A stretch of DNA of 64,000 bases from a bacterium. Its GTDB lineage: Bacteria; Patescibacteriota; Minisyncoccia; Phycocordibacterales; CAIZLB01. The notes beneath the pieces were generated by a model that saw nothing but the letters and a program-made list of their open reading frames with translations, was not told the origin of the DNA and did not search any database. Where the stretch lies: assembly GCA_031411135.1 (NCBI GenBank), contig JANOAN010000006.1, forward strand, positions 272 to 64,271, given 5' to 3'. The position numbers were made by a program, and so were the translations under genes. Positions 28,914-39,375 of the stretch are shown piece after piece (positions within the stretch are counted from its first letter, which is position 1; each line of letters begins with the position of its first letter).

Positions 28914-28943
28914 AAACACCACCGTCAAAAGTGGTGTTTTTGT
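28914..28943 (+). terminator. rho-independent terminator after the micro-ORF
   Basis: ACACCAC cgtcaaaa GTGGTGT, then TTTTTG. Confidence 0.6.
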
Positions 28944-28975
28944 GTTTAACCCCTCTGTGGTATAGTAGTTCCACT

Positions 28976-31525
28976 ATGTCGATTATATCCAAGATAGTAG
29001 GTACGCATTCATCTAGATTTATCAAGAAATACAAGAAAAACGTTGATGAGATCAATGGTTTAGAAGAGCACTTGAAACTGCTTACAAATGATGAATTAAA
29101 AGCAAAAACACCTGAATTAAGGGAGAAAATTGCCCATCTCGAATCAAATGGAAAAACCCTACAAGAGGCACTGTCCGCAGTTTTACCAGAAGCATTTGCA
29201 GTTGTTAGAGAAACTTCACATCGAGTGCGAAACCAAAGACACTATGATGTGCAGTTGATCGGTGGAATGATTTTGCACGATGGAAATATTGCTGAAATGA
29301 AAACCGGAGAAGGAAAAACTTTGATGGCGACATTGGCGGTTTATTTAAATGCTTTATCCGGTCGTGGTGTTCATGTCATTACAGTTAACGATTACTTAGC
29401 GCGAAGAGATGCAGTTTGGATGAGTGAAATTTATTCTTTCCTTGGATTAACAGTAGGTGTTGTAAATGATGACTCTTCTTTTCTATTCGATCCAGCGCAT
29501 GTTAATGAAGAAAAACTTGAATTAGAAATAAATGAAGTAGGATCTTTCAAAGTAAAGTATGAATTTTTAAAACCATGTGATAGGCATCAGGCTTATGCAG
29601 CAGATGTCACTTATGGAACTAACAGTCAGTTCGGATTTGATTACTTGCGTGACAATTTGGAAAAAAACACACAAGGTTTACGTCAGCGAGATTTTTACTA
29701 TGCAATTGTGGATGAAGTAGACTCTATTTTGATCGATGAATCTAGAACGCCACTTATCATTGCAATTCCATTTGCTGATTCAGATGACTTTTATAATACT
29801 TTTTCAAAAATTGCGAGAAGAATGTCAAAAGACGAACACTATACGGTAGATGAAAAATTTAGATCAATTGCACTTACAACAGCAGGAATAGACTTGGCAG
29901 AAAAAGAATTGGGCATGGGAAATATTTATAGTGAAGGAGGTATAAAATTTGTGCATCACTTAGAAAATGCTGTGAAGGCAAAAGCGCTTTATATAAAGGA
30001 TGTAGAATATGTGGTTAAAGATGACCAGGTTATTATTGTTGATCCATCAACTGGACGATTACAACCTGGACGACGTTGGAGCGAGGGATTGCATCAGGCA
30101 ATCGAGGCGAAGGAAAACGTAAAAATTAATCAAGAAACTCGTGCCTACGCTTCAATCACTTACCAAAACTATTTCCGATTGTACCCAAAACTAGCGGGTA
30201 TGACAGGAACTGCAATGACAAGCTCTGAAGAATTTTTGAAAGTGTACGGAATCGATACTATCGAGGTTCCGACTCATAGAAAGATTGTGCGCCAGGATCA
30301 CAGTGATCAAATTTTCCAAAACGAAAGTGGAAAGTTTAAAGCTATCTCGCGAAAGATTAAAGAATTAAATGCCAAAGGCCAGCCAGTCCTTGTTGGTACC
30401 GCTTCGATTGAAAAAAACCAATTGCTTTCTGAATACTTAAAAAAAGAGGGGATACCGCACACTCTTTTAAATGCAAAACCTGAATTTGCGGAAAGAGAAG
30501 GGGAAATTGTGGCACAAGCTGGACGAAAAGGTGCAGTTACAATTGCGACAAACATGGCAGGACGAGGAGTGGACATTAAATTGGGAGGTGTGCCTGCAAC
30601 AAAAGAGCAGTATGAAGAAGTTCGAGACCTTGGAGGATTGTTTGTGCTCGGAACTGAACGCCATGAAGCACGACGTATCGATAACCAGTTGCGCGGACGT
30701 TCTGGGCGACAAGGGGATCCGGGTGCCAGTCAATTTTTCGTATCATTTGATGACAATTTAATGCGTGTTTTTGCGAGCGACACTATTAAAAAAATGATGG
30801 TGCGCCTCAAAGTTCCAGAAGATGAAGCGATTACAAACATAATCGTGACTCGTGCTCTTGAAAGTGCCCAATCAAGAATCGAAGGACTTCATTTTGATTC
30901 TCGTCGTCATGTTTTGGAATACGATGATGTGTTAAACCAACAGAGAAAGAGGGTGTATGAACGCCGACGCAGGATATTAATAGGGGATGCATCAGTTGTC
31001 TCTGAAGAGCTCGAACGAATCCTTTCAAACTCAACACTTGAAGCAAAAAATAAAATCCAAGAAAAGAGAAACGCTATGGGTGAACATCCATTTTTGAATA
31101 CTGTCCGCGGAGCAATCCTTCAAACGGTGGATTTGTTCTGGGTAGATCACTTGGAAATCATGGACTACATGCGTTCTAGTGTTGGTTTGAGAGCCTACGG
31201 CCAGCGTGACCCGTTGGTTGAGTACAAACGAGAAGGTTTGCGTCTATTTAAACAAATGGAAGCTGGCGTTGATGCTGAAATTATCCGAACACTTGAAAAT
31301 GTCACGGCCGAGATTGGAGTAGGTGAAAATGTACGAACTGTTGAATTAAAACCGAACGCTGATTCGTATAATCCTATCACTGGCGAAATCGCTCAAAATA
31401 TTGAAAATATGAAGTCTGCAAAAGCCGCAGTAAAAAATCAGGAAGGAGACAAGGTTGGAAGAAATGATCCTTGTCCATGTGGGAGTGGTAAGAAGTATAA
31501 AAAGTGCCACGGAATTAACGCTTAG
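28976..31525 (+). CDS. secA: preprotein translocase ATPase SecA
   Basis: DEAD-like motor motifs (MKTGEGKTL, VDEVDSILIDE). C-terminal zinc finger CPCGSGKKYKKCHG. The start was trimmed from the track's 28931 to the ATG at 28976, which has TGGTATAGT exactly 9 nt upstream. Confidence 0.9.
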   Translation: MSIISKIVGTHSSRFIKKYKKNVDEINGLEEHLKLLTNDELKAKTPELREKIAHLESNGKTLQEALSAVLPEAFAVVRETSHRVRNQRHYDVQLIGGMILHDGNIAEMKTGEGKTLMATLAVYLNALSGRGVHVITVNDYLARRDAVWMSEIYSFLGLTVGVVNDDSSFLFDPAHVNEEKLELEINEVGSFKVKYEFLKPCDRHQAYAADVTYGTNSQFGFDYLRDNLEKNTQGLRQRDFYYAIVDEVDSILIDESRTPLIIAIPFADSDDFYNTFSKIARRMSKDEHYTVDEKFRSIALTTAGIDLAEKELGMGNIYSEGGIKFVHHLENAVKAKALYIKDVEYVVKDDQVIIVDPSTGRLQPGRRWSEGLHQAIEAKENVKINQETRAYASITYQNYFRLYPKLAGMTGTAMTSSEEFLKVYGIDTIEVPTHRKIVRQDHSDQIFQNESGKFKAISRKIKELNAKGQPVLVGTASIEKNQLLSEYLKKEGIPHTLLNAKPEFAEREGEIVAQAGRKGAVTIATNMAGRGVDIKLGGVPATKEQYEEVRDLGGLFVLGTERHEARRIDNQLRGRSGRQGDPGASQFFVSFDDNLMRVFASDTIKKMMVRLKVPEDEAITNIIVTRALESAQSRIEGLHFDSRRHVLEYDDVLNQQRKRVYERRRRILIGDASVVSEELERILSNSTLEAKNKIQEKRNAMGEHPFLNTVRGAILQTVDLFWVDHLEIMDYMRSSVGLRAYGQRDPLVEYKREGLRLFKQMEAGVDAEIIRTLENVTAEIGVGENVRTVELKPNADSYNPITGEIAQNIENMKSAKAAVKNQEGDKVGRNDPCPCGSGKKYKKCHGINA

Positions 31526-32219
31526 CACGAAAAGTCATCTTGAAAAACCCCTGCATGTATTTCCAAAGTATATGCAAAAGTCCCTTTTCTTTAAACCTAC
31601 GAGCAGAACTTTCCATTATTAAATCCTTATCAAAAAATACCATTCCTTCCTTGGATAATTTCTTAGCTAAGTCAGTATCATCTCCATAAAATATAATTTT
31701 TCTATCAAACCCTCCAATTTTTTCTAAAGTAGTTCTTCGTGAAATACTATTTCCTCCGATCATAATTGCTCCGTGATTTAAAAAATCTAAGACATGGTGT
31801 GTGGCACTATATATGTATCTCTGGAATGCCAATGTAACTTTTCTAAAAAACCAACCACCATCGTAATAATCGTACGGTCCAGTCAGTCCTACAATTTTTG
31901 GATCTTGAAATCGTGCGACAATTCTTTCAACCCAATCAGGATTAGGAATGCAATCTGCATCCACTCTAGCAACCAAGTCTCCTGTGGTGGCTTGCCTCCC
32001 AGTCTCGAGTGTGTTATTTGTTCCTCTCTCTTTTTCAAACAAAGTAATTGCACCCAGAGACTTAGCCACCTCTCCCGTGTTGTCCGTACTGTTGTTATCA
32101 ATAACGATTATCTGCAGAGGCTTCACAGTTTGTTCGTTCAAGGCTTTCAAAATAACAGGAATATTTTTGCTCTCATTAAAAGCAGGGATAATAACACTAA
32201 CAGTAAGTGGATTATTCAT
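31515..32219 (-). CDS. glycosyltransferase family 2
   Basis: VSVIIPAFNESKNIPVILKALNEQT...VIDNNSTDNT...DADC. Confidence 0.7.
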   Translation of the reverse strand: MNNPLTVSVIIPAFNESKNIPVILKALNEQTVKPLQIIVIDNNSTDNTGEVAKSLGAITLFEKERGTNNTLETGRQATTGDLVARVDADCIPNPDWVERIVARFQDPKIVGLTGPYDYYDGGWFFRKVTLAFQRYIYSATHHVLDFLNHGAIMIGGNSISRRTTLEKIGGFDRKIIFYGDDTDLAKKLSKEGMVFFDKDLIMESSARRFKEKGLLHILWKYMQGFFKMTFRAKR

Positions 32220-32808
32220 TGGTTTTCTTGATGATTAATTGGTGAATATGTTTTCCGATTCTATAAGTTATAAATAAGATAATTAACGCACCTCCGATTA
32301 GGAATAGCTTACCATTTATATTCTTTATGGTAATAAATAAATGACTGAATGAAAAGCCTAAAGCCATAAGGAATCCAGTCCAGATAAATCCACCAAAGAA
32401 GTTTAGTAGACAGTATCTCTTGAAGGGGATTTTTACCAAGCCGGCTGTAAAGAGGACGACTGGAGCAAATCCGAATCCGGTTGTGAGTTTTGAAATAAAT
32501 AAAATTGAAGTGTGATATTTATGGAAGTACTTTTCTATCATTGCTATATTTTTATCATTTAGTCCCATAAATCTTCCGAACCTACTGTGCGCTATTTTCA
32601 TGCCTCCTTTTCTTCCTAAAAAATACCAAATTATGTCTGCAATGAAATCCCCAATGACTAATGCAAAATAAGCTGGCCAAAGTGACAAGACCTCTGCTCT
32701 GACCAAAAACCCAGAAACAGCCATGACGATAGGACCTTCAGGGATGGCGAGTAGGGCGATGAGAATATATTTATAATCTAGATAGAGGAAGGGTAACCAG
32801 GAAGGCAT
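32212..32808 (-). CDS. DedA/VTT-domain family membrane protein
   Basis: About 198 aa with 4-5 TM helices; ...FISKLTTGFGFAPVVLFTAGL... is DedA-like. Confidence 0.5.
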   Translation of the reverse strand: MPSWLPFLYLDYKYILIALLAIPEGPIVMAVSGFLVRAEVLSLWPAYFALVIGDFIADIIWYFLGRKGGMKIAHSRFGRFMGLNDKNIAMIEKYFHKYHTSILFISKLTTGFGFAPVVLFTAGLVKIPFKRYCLLNFFGGFIWTGFLMALGFSFSHLFITIKNINGKLFLIGGALIILFITYRIGKHIHQLIIKKTNE

Positions 32809-32855
32809 ATGATTAAGTATAGCTCTTTGCCCCTCACTGCGCTACAATTTATTTT

Positions 32856-34037
32856 ATGCCACCTGTAGCCGTCCACCAAAAGTACACTTATTTTCCAGCC
32901 TTGGATATACTACGTTTTTTAGCTTTCATGCTTGTTTTTATCTCGCATGCGGCGTTTTTTTTCGGTTACAACAATACTTCCTTGAAGTGGGAAAAGTTCA
33001 GGGAGATTTTCTTGACCCACGGAGATTTAGGCGTCACCTTCTTTTTTGTCTTAAGTGGATTTCTCATTACTTATCTATTAATGAGCGAAAAGTATCAGAA
33101 AGGGGAGATAGATATTAAAAAGTTTTATGTCCGTCGATTACTTCGAATTTGGCCTGTATATTTTTTAACTATTTTGATAGCAGTTTGGGTTTTACCATTT
33201 TTTGTGGAGTTAATGGGCTTGAGAGATAAATTACCTTTTGATATTTTCTCTGGATTGCAAAGCTATCCTTGGTATGTATTTTTTGTCGGAAATTTCAATA
33301 TGTTTTTAAATACTCCACCGTCAGTGACCCTTGCGATCTTGTGGTCAATTTCTGTTGAAGAGCAGTTCTACCTTTTGTGGCCATTGGTTGTGAAGTTTAT
33401 AAAGAGAAAGTATTTGATTGTATTGCTGGCCTCTGTCATTCTAGTTTCGATAATTTATCGTTTTAACAATGCTTATGATTACAATACAGTAGAATACTCC
33501 ACTTTTTCTGTTATGTCTGACATTGCAATCGGTTGTATCGTAGCTTGGCTTTTTGTTGAAAAAAACAAAATAATCTTGTGGGTAAAAAGCTTGAGTCGTC
33601 TAAAGTCCTTTCTCTTCTGCTACTTAACTTTAACTGTTCTTGTTTTATCGCGATCGTTTATTTATGATGTTGACCCAGAGTGGGCGAGGCGCGCGCTTAT
33701 TGCGATTGAGCCGGTTGTCTTTGCTATTTTATTCTCATTCATCATTGCGCGCCTCGCTCTACTTCGCGATCGATTTGCTTTAGGTCAAAACCCAATCCAG
33801 AAAATACTTATATATTTAGGCAGAATTTCATACGGTCTGTATTGCTACCATATGATTGTGTTGGTGGGAGTTTTAGCTATTCTTTATCAGGGAGGATATG
33901 AGACTATTTATCAATCCATTCCGCAGCTTCTGGCTGTATTTTTCTGTACTTTTTTTATAGTAGTTATCATCTCGATGGCTTCTTATCACTTTATTGAGAG
34001 GAGGGTTTTGAAGTTGAAGAAAAACTTCCAGTGGTAA
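32856..34037 (+). CDS. acyltransferase family 3 (OafA/YrhL-like) membrane protein
   Basis: FPALDILRFLAFMLVFISHA...RIWPVYF are canonical Acyl_transf_3 motifs; about 10 TM helices. Confidence 0.7.
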   Translation: MPPVAVHQKYTYFPALDILRFLAFMLVFISHAAFFFGYNNTSLKWEKFREIFLTHGDLGVTFFFVLSGFLITYLLMSEKYQKGEIDIKKFYVRRLLRIWPVYFLTILIAVWVLPFFVELMGLRDKLPFDIFSGLQSYPWYVFFVGNFNMFLNTPPSVTLAILWSISVEEQFYLLWPLVVKFIKRKYLIVLLASVILVSIIYRFNNAYDYNTVEYSTFSVMSDIAIGCIVAWLFVEKNKIILWVKSLSRLKSFLFCYLTLTVLVLSRSFIYDVDPEWARRALIAIEPVVFAILFSFIIARLALLRDRFALGQNPIQKILIYLGRISYGLYCYHMIVLVGVLAILYQGGYETIYQSIPQLLAVFFCTFFIVVIISMASYHFIERRVLKLKKNFQW

Positions 34038-34040
34038 ATA

Positions 34041-34066
34041 AAAAACACCCTTTCGGGTGTTTTTTA
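34041..34066. terminator. bidirectional rho-independent terminator
   Basis: AAAAAACACCC tttc GGGTGTTTTTT. Lies between the convergent acyltransferase and the secreted-protein gene. Confidence 0.65.
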
Positions 34067-34080
34067 TTTGTAATAAGTGT

Positions 34081-34608
34081 TTACTTCAATATCGAATCGG
34101 CAATAGATCCATCAGAAGCTTCATCACTGGCTTCGGCGTTTGTTCCTCCACAAGTTTTGATACTAGAAGCATAAGTTTTCATTGTACTCTTCTCGTTTGT
34201 TCTTAAAGCTTCAAACGCAGCTTTTACTGCTTTTCGGTAATTAGTTCGAGCTGCTGTTCGAGCCTCCTGTCGTGCCTTCTTGGTTGTTTGATCAAAGGAT
34301 GCTTTAACGGCATCTTCACGAGCAGATAGAGCAGTGCTCATAGAGCTTGAAAAAGTTCCATATATAGTAACCAAAGATGCCTTTCGGACATCAACAGCAG
34401 CCTTTGCACAAGTAGAATTAACCATGTTTGTACTAGAAGCATTTGCTCGGTCACGAAGAAGTGGGCGGGTAGTCGAGGCGTTCATCCTATTTTCAATGCG
34501 ATCCCCCATCTTTTTAATTGGGCGGGTAGTTGTTCCTTCCGCGAGCGCCACGCTTGCAGTTAAGGCGAAAGCTAATGTTAATGTCCCTAAAATTGTGTTT
34601 CTAATCAT
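34081..34608 (-). CDS. secreted Ala/Thr/Ser-rich hypothetical protein (signal peptide)
   Basis: N-terminus MIRNTILGTLTLAFALTASVALA is signal-peptide-like. Low-complexity body with two Cys. Confidence 0.4.
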   Translation of the reverse strand: MIRNTILGTLTLAFALTASVALAEGTTTRPIKKMGDRIENRMNASTTRPLLRDRANASSTNMVNSTCAKAAVDVRKASLVTIYGTFSSSMSTALSAREDAVKASFDQTTKKARQEARTAARTNYRKAVKAAFEALRTNEKSTMKTYASSIKTCGGTNAEASDEASDGSIADSILK

Positions 34609-34663
34609 GTTTGTGTTTTAAGCTACTTAATAAATCTTATGATTTGTATTATAGTATAGGTAT

Positions 34664-35701
34664 ATGAAACCACAAGGCGTAAATTTGACTTATTTCGTGA
34701 TTATTATATTAGCAGTATTAGCGGTAGCTCTTTATGTATTATGGCCATTCGTCGGAGTACTTGCCATTGCAGGAATCTTGGCAGTAGTGCTCGGTCCTGT
34801 CTATCGATATTTCCTAGCAAAAGTAAAAGGTAGAAAAACCTTAGCTACAAGTATTACTTTAGTGTTGTTTCTATTTGCCATTATATTACCGTTGATCTTT
34901 ATCATGCAAAGTGTCTTTGTAGAATCTAGCAATTTTTATGTATCCTTGAGCAACCGTAACGTAGTTTCGTTTGAAAAGATAAACACAGTTGTTGAGTCGT
35001 ATACTAAAAAATTGTTTCCTCAATTCAATTTCGATGCCAGAGAAAAACTGGTTCAGTTTTCTCTATACATAGTAGACCATCTAGGAGCGTTTTTTGCTGG
35101 TGCCGCCTCCTTTGGTTTAAAATTGTTTTTATCAATGTTCGCTTTGTTTTATTTCTTGCGTGACGGAGACAAATTCAAAGAGCATATTATGGTCCTATCT
35201 CCACTTCCTAGAAAGGACGATGAAAGGGTACTTGATTCATTGAAGACTTCGATAAATTCAATTGTAGTAGGCTCGGTTACAGTGGCAGCTCTTCAGGCGG
35301 CTGTCATCTGGATAGGTTTCCTAATTTTCGGCGTTCCCAATCCCGCACTCTGTGCCATTATCGTAGCTTTGGCAGCTTTGTTTCCAGGTGTAGGTCCAAG
35401 TATTGTTTGGATACCGGCAACTATTTATTTGTTTATTTTTGGAGGAAACTTCCCGTATGCGTGGATTGGTTTTGTGATTTATTGCCCAATTTTGTTTACC
35501 TTTAACGATACTTTCCTTGGACCAAAACTTATTGAAAAAGGATCGAATATACACCCTCTACTTATATTGTTCTCGATTTTAGGAGGGGTGGTAGCTTTCG
35601 GTCCAGAAGGTTTAATATTAGGCCCAACGATTTTAGCATTCCTGTTCACTCTTATTCGTGTTTATCAAGATTATGCCAAAGAAAGATCAGTCCAAGCCTA
35701 A
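34664..35701 (+). CDS. AI-2E family transporter (PerM/YhhT-like)
   Basis: 345 aa, 7-8 TM helices, GPSIVWIPATIYLFIFGG...ILGPTILAF typical of AI-2E. Confidence 0.6.
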   Translation: MKPQGVNLTYFVIIILAVLAVALYVLWPFVGVLAIAGILAVVLGPVYRYFLAKVKGRKTLATSITLVLFLFAIILPLIFIMQSVFVESSNFYVSLSNRNVVSFEKINTVVESYTKKLFPQFNFDAREKLVQFSLYIVDHLGAFFAGAASFGLKLFLSMFALFYFLRDGDKFKEHIMVLSPLPRKDDERVLDSLKTSINSIVVGSVTVAALQAAVIWIGFLIFGVPNPALCAIIVALAALFPGVGPSIVWIPATIYLFIFGGNFPYAWIGFVIYCPILFTFNDTFLGPKLIEKGSNIHPLLILFSILGGVVAFGPEGLILGPTILAFLFTLIRVYQDYAKERSVQA

Positions 35702-36620
35702 ATTAATCGTCACACATTCCGCAAATTTTCACGTCGATGATGTTTTTGGAACTGCTTGTGTAATTTTGTTAATGGAGAAAAAGGGGTTTAAGTATAAAGT
35801 TAAAAGATCACTTGATCCAAAGGTTTGGGCAGAAGGAGATATTGTGCTTGATATTGGACGTGTTTATAATCCAAGTAAAAACAGATTTGATCATCATCAG
35901 GATTTGAAAATCACGCATAAAAATGGAATAAAATATGCAGCTTTTGGTTTGGTTTGGAAAAAGTACGGTAAGTTTTTATGCGGAAGTCAGAAAGTGGCAG
36001 ATAGGGTGGAGGAGAAGTTGGTTATTCCAGTTGATGCGGAGGATAATGGGGTGGATTTGTACAAACCGATTATTGATGGAGTGAAACCATTTGGACTTAA
36101 AGATATTATAGAAAACGAATGTTCAGTCGGGTTTTTTGGGAATAACTCATCGAAGGAAGATCCAAAAAGATTTGATAAAAGTTTTATGAATCTTTTACCG
36201 TTTGCGAAATTTATTATTGAAAGTGCAATTGAAGAATCTAAAAATTATTCCCGCACTGAAAAAATTGCCGAGAAATGTTTTAAGGAAGCTAAAGATAAGC
36301 GTGTTTTAATACTCCCGCAATTTTTAGGATACGGTTTTTCAAAAATGAAGGAACCTCTGGTGACTATATACCCAGATGCCCGTGGAAACTGGTCTGCAAA
36401 AACAGTCAGAGTTAACCCTGGACAGTTTGATTCTAGAATTTACTTTCCGAAATCATGGGCAGGTTTGAATGGTGATGAAATGGCAAAGGTTTCAGGTGTG
36501 CCCGATGCACACTTTTGCCATAAAGGATTATTTCTAGCAGTCGCAAAGACAAAAGAAGGTGCCATCGCCCTTGTAAACGCTATGTTTAAGGAAGCCGGCT
36601 TTTTACCTGTAAAAGTCTAA
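35673..36620 (+). CDS. MYG1/UPF0160-family metal-dependent hydrolase
   Basis: KLIVTHSANFHVDDVFGTACVILLMEK...RFDHHQ is the MYG1 (GAMM1) N-terminal signature. Start trimmed to the Met at 35673. Confidence 0.6.
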   Translation: MPKKDQSKPKLIVTHSANFHVDDVFGTACVILLMEKKGFKYKVKRSLDPKVWAEGDIVLDIGRVYNPSKNRFDHHQDLKITHKNGIKYAAFGLVWKKYGKFLCGSQKVADRVEEKLVIPVDAEDNGVDLYKPIIDGVKPFGLKDIIENECSVGFFGNNSSKEDPKRFDKSFMNLLPFAKFIIESAIEESKNYSRTEKIAEKCFKEAKDKRVLILPQFLGYGFSKMKEPLVTIYPDARGNWSAKTVRVNPGQFDSRIYFPKSWAGLNGDEMAKVSGVPDAHFCHKGLFLAVAKTKEGAIALVNAMFKEAGFLPVKV

Positions 36621-36643
36621 ATTTGTGATATAGTCTCTACATC

Positions 36644-37612
36644 ATGCATTTCGTAGACGAACTCACATTAAGGTTAAAGGCAGGAAGGGGTGGTGACGGC
36701 GTAGTCCGCTGGCTTTCTGAAAAATTTAAAGAATACTCTGGCCCTGCAGGAGGAGATGGTGGAAACGGGGGAGATGTCATTGCGCGTGCAGTCCGCAATA
36801 CTTTTCTCTTGGGAAAATACGCTCATATTAAAGAGATGCTCGCAGAAAACGGTATGCCCGGAGAGAACCGCAGTAAAAAAGGGAGACAAGGTGAAGATTT
36901 AATTATTGATTTTCCAATCGGCAGTATTCTTACAAATAATGATACTGGAGAAGTTTACAGATTAGACGAAGATGCTCAGACTGTTGCGTTGTTGAAAGGA
37001 GGAAAGGGCGGATATGGAAATGAACACTTCAAAGCTTCAACAAATACTAAACCTGAAGAATCAACTAGAGGAAGAGAGGGTGGTGAGGGAACTTTTTCTA
37101 TAGAGGTAGAAATCATTGCATCGGCAGGACTCATCGGACTTCCAAATGCTGGAAAGACATCACTCTTGAATGCTTTAACAAATGCCAATGCAAAAATTGG
37201 TGCGTACCAATTCACCACGCTAGAACCAAATCTCGGAGATTTGTACGGACACATTTTGGCAGACATTCCAGGTTTAATCGAAGGAGCATCGGAAGGGAAA
37301 GGGTTAGGTCATAAGTTCTTGCGACATATCAAAAGAACGCAAATGTTAATCCACTGTATTTCAAGTGAAAATGAAAATCTATTTGAAACATATGAAGTTA
37401 TCCGCGAAGAGTTGGAGGATTTTGATAAAGAACTTTTAGAGAAAGAGGAAATTATTGTTGTGACCAAAATGGATATTTTAGGTATAGAAGAAACAGAGAA
37501 AAAAGCTAAAGCCGTCAAAGAATGGAAAGGTAAGAAGGTCTTTGTCATTTCAGTTTACGACATTGATTCGATTAAAAAGTTTAGCGATTCACTTGTGAAA
37601 TTGCTAAAATAA
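36644..37612 (+). CDS. obg: GTPase Obg/CgtA
   Basis: Obg-fold N-terminus (FVDELTLRLKAGRGGDGVVRW...GGDGGNGGDV) and G-domain (GLPNAGKTSLLNALT, DIPGLIEGAS). TGATATAGT lies 9 nt upstream of the ATG. Confidence 0.85.
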   Translation: MHFVDELTLRLKAGRGGDGVVRWLSEKFKEYSGPAGGDGGNGGDVIARAVRNTFLLGKYAHIKEMLAENGMPGENRSKKGRQGEDLIIDFPIGSILTNNDTGEVYRLDEDAQTVALLKGGKGGYGNEHFKASTNTKPEESTRGREGGEGTFSIEVEIIASAGLIGLPNAGKTSLLNALTNANAKIGAYQFTTLEPNLGDLYGHILADIPGLIEGASEGKGLGHKFLRHIKRTQMLIHCISSENENLFETYEVIREELEDFDKELLEKEEIIVVTKMDILGIEETEKKAKAVKEWKGKKVFVISVYDIDSIKKFSDSLVKLLK

Positions 37613-37627
37613 TTTATATTTAAAGGC

Positions 37628-39067
37628 ATGATTACTGCTCCATCCGGAAAAATCTATAAACCAACAATTGGCTTGGAAATCCATGCTGAATTAAAGACTG
37701 CTTCGAAAATGTTCTGTGCTTGTAAAAACAATCCAGACGAGGAAAAGCCGAATGTAAATGTGTGTCCGATTTGTATGGGACACCCTGGAACTTTGCCTGT
37801 TATAAATAAAAAGGCGGTTGAACATGTGATTCGCGTAGGTCATGCGGCGGGTTCTAAGATTGCAGATTTTACAGAATGGGATCGAAAGAACTATTTTTAC
37901 CCTGATATTCCAAAGGGTTATCAAATTAGCCAGTATGCATACCCGTTAATTACAGGTGGGCAAATTGCCGGAGTCGAACTTACTCGAATCCACTTGGAAG
38001 AAGACACTGCGAGCTCTCAGCACGATAAGGGGGACTTTAGTTTAGTTGATTTTAATCGATCAAGTTTACCTTTGATGGAACTTGTAACTGAGCCTGTAAT
38101 TCATGATGCAGAAACAGCTTCACGATTTGCAAAGGAACTGCAATTACTCCTTAGATATTTGGGAGCAGGTGAGGCTAATATGGAAAAAGGGGAAATGCGA
38201 GTAGAGGTAAACATTTCTGTTTCGGACACTGATAAATTTGGTACAAAGGTAGAGGTAAAAAACATCAACTCATTCAAAGCAGTTGAAAAATCGATTGCAT
38301 ACGAAATTGAAAGACATATTGATTTGATTGAAAGAGGAGAGAAAATTGTGCAGGAAACCAGAGGTTTTGATGAATCAACTGGAAAAACTTTTTCACAGCG
38401 GGCAAAGGAGGATTCCCATGACTATCGATATTTTCCAGATCCTGATCTTCCTAAACTTTTCATTTCTGAAATTCCAGAATTCCAACCGGATGTAATTAAA
38501 AAAAGTTTGCCAGAATTGCCATGGGAGAAAAGAGGTCGGTATAAGTCTGTATTTAATATGAAGGACGAGGACGCGGAGATGTTTGTGCAGGATGAGATTT
38601 TTAGAAAGTTTTTTGAAGAGGTTGTTAGTGTTTTAGGTAATGATGCGGATTTAATCAAACTTGCAATTAACTATACGACCAGTGATATCGCTGGTTTTGT
38701 TAAAAAGTTTACTGATAAGGGTATTGTAATTGGTACTGAAAACTTTGCAGAATTAATTACCATGATTAAAGCAGGGGAATTATCATCTCGCTCGGCAAAA
38801 GATATTCTTGTGATGATTTGGGATAACGGAAATGAATCTCCTAAAAAACTTGCTGAACAACACGGAATGATCCAAAAGAACGACCCAGAAGCGCTTGAAA
38901 AAATGATTCGAGAACTTATCACTGCTAATCCAAACGTTGTTGCTGATTTTAAGGCTGGCAAGCAAGCTGCGCTACAATTTTTTATCGGTCAGATAATGAA
39001 GTTAACTAAAGGCTCTGTAAACCCACAAGTGGCTCAAGAGGCGGTGAAAAAGCTTTTAAGTGAGTAG
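37628..39067 (+). CDS. gatB: Asp-tRNA(Asn)/Glu-tRNA(Gln) amidotransferase subunit B
   Basis: IGLEIHAELKTASKMFCAC...NVCPICMGHPGTLPV is the GatB N-terminal signature; C-terminal YqeY-like domain. Confidence 0.85.
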   Translation: MITAPSGKIYKPTIGLEIHAELKTASKMFCACKNNPDEEKPNVNVCPICMGHPGTLPVINKKAVEHVIRVGHAAGSKIADFTEWDRKNYFYPDIPKGYQISQYAYPLITGGQIAGVELTRIHLEEDTASSQHDKGDFSLVDFNRSSLPLMELVTEPVIHDAETASRFAKELQLLLRYLGAGEANMEKGEMRVEVNISVSDTDKFGTKVEVKNINSFKAVEKSIAYEIERHIDLIERGEKIVQETRGFDESTGKTFSQRAKEDSHDYRYFPDPDLPKLFISEIPEFQPDVIKKSLPELPWEKRGRYKSVFNMKDEDAEMFVQDEIFRKFFEEVVSVLGNDADLIKLAINYTTSDIAGFVKKFTDKGIVIGTENFAELITMIKAGELSSRSAKDILVMIWDNGNESPKKLAEQHGMIQKNDPEALEKMIRELITANPNVVADFKAGKQAALQFFIGQIMKLTKGSVNPQVAQEAVKKLLSE

Positions 39068-39147
39068 TGTGCTGTCAGAATAATTAACTTATCCACACTA
39101 GGAAAAGACTATTTAAACAGAAGGAGAAAAATGCTAATATTAAGGAC

Positions 39148-39375
39148 ATGAAAATATATACATTATTGACCCCATTTGTAATAGGAGTTTTTTTAACAGT
39201 TTTTGTTTACCAAGCTTTCACAATTTACCAATTACGTTCAGTTGTAGTTGAAGATCATACAAATTTGACTCAGGTAGTGAACTTTTTAAATTCTCAAATT
39301 CAGGCTTCTCAAGCTCAACAAGGCGCGTCAAACAAGCCTCAAGCTGTCAGTACAGTTACTTCTACTAAAAAGTAG
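39148..39375 (+). CDS. small single-TM hypothetical protein
   Basis: 75 aa, one N-terminal hydrophobic helix, then a Q/S-rich tail. Confidence 0.3.
   Translation: MKIYTLLTPFVIGVFLTVFVYQAFTIYQLRSVVVEDHTNLTQVVNFLNSQIQASQAQQGASNKPQAVSTVTSTKK

Noticed and set aside
33684-33757. Perfect 11-bp inverted repeat GCGAGGCGCGC ... GCGCGCCTCGC inside the acyltransferase CDS
   Set aside because: It lies within a continuous, well-conserved Acyl_transf_3 reading frame (encoding ...ARRALIA...ARLAL...). It is most likely a coincidental or codon-level palindrome. No flanking element features.
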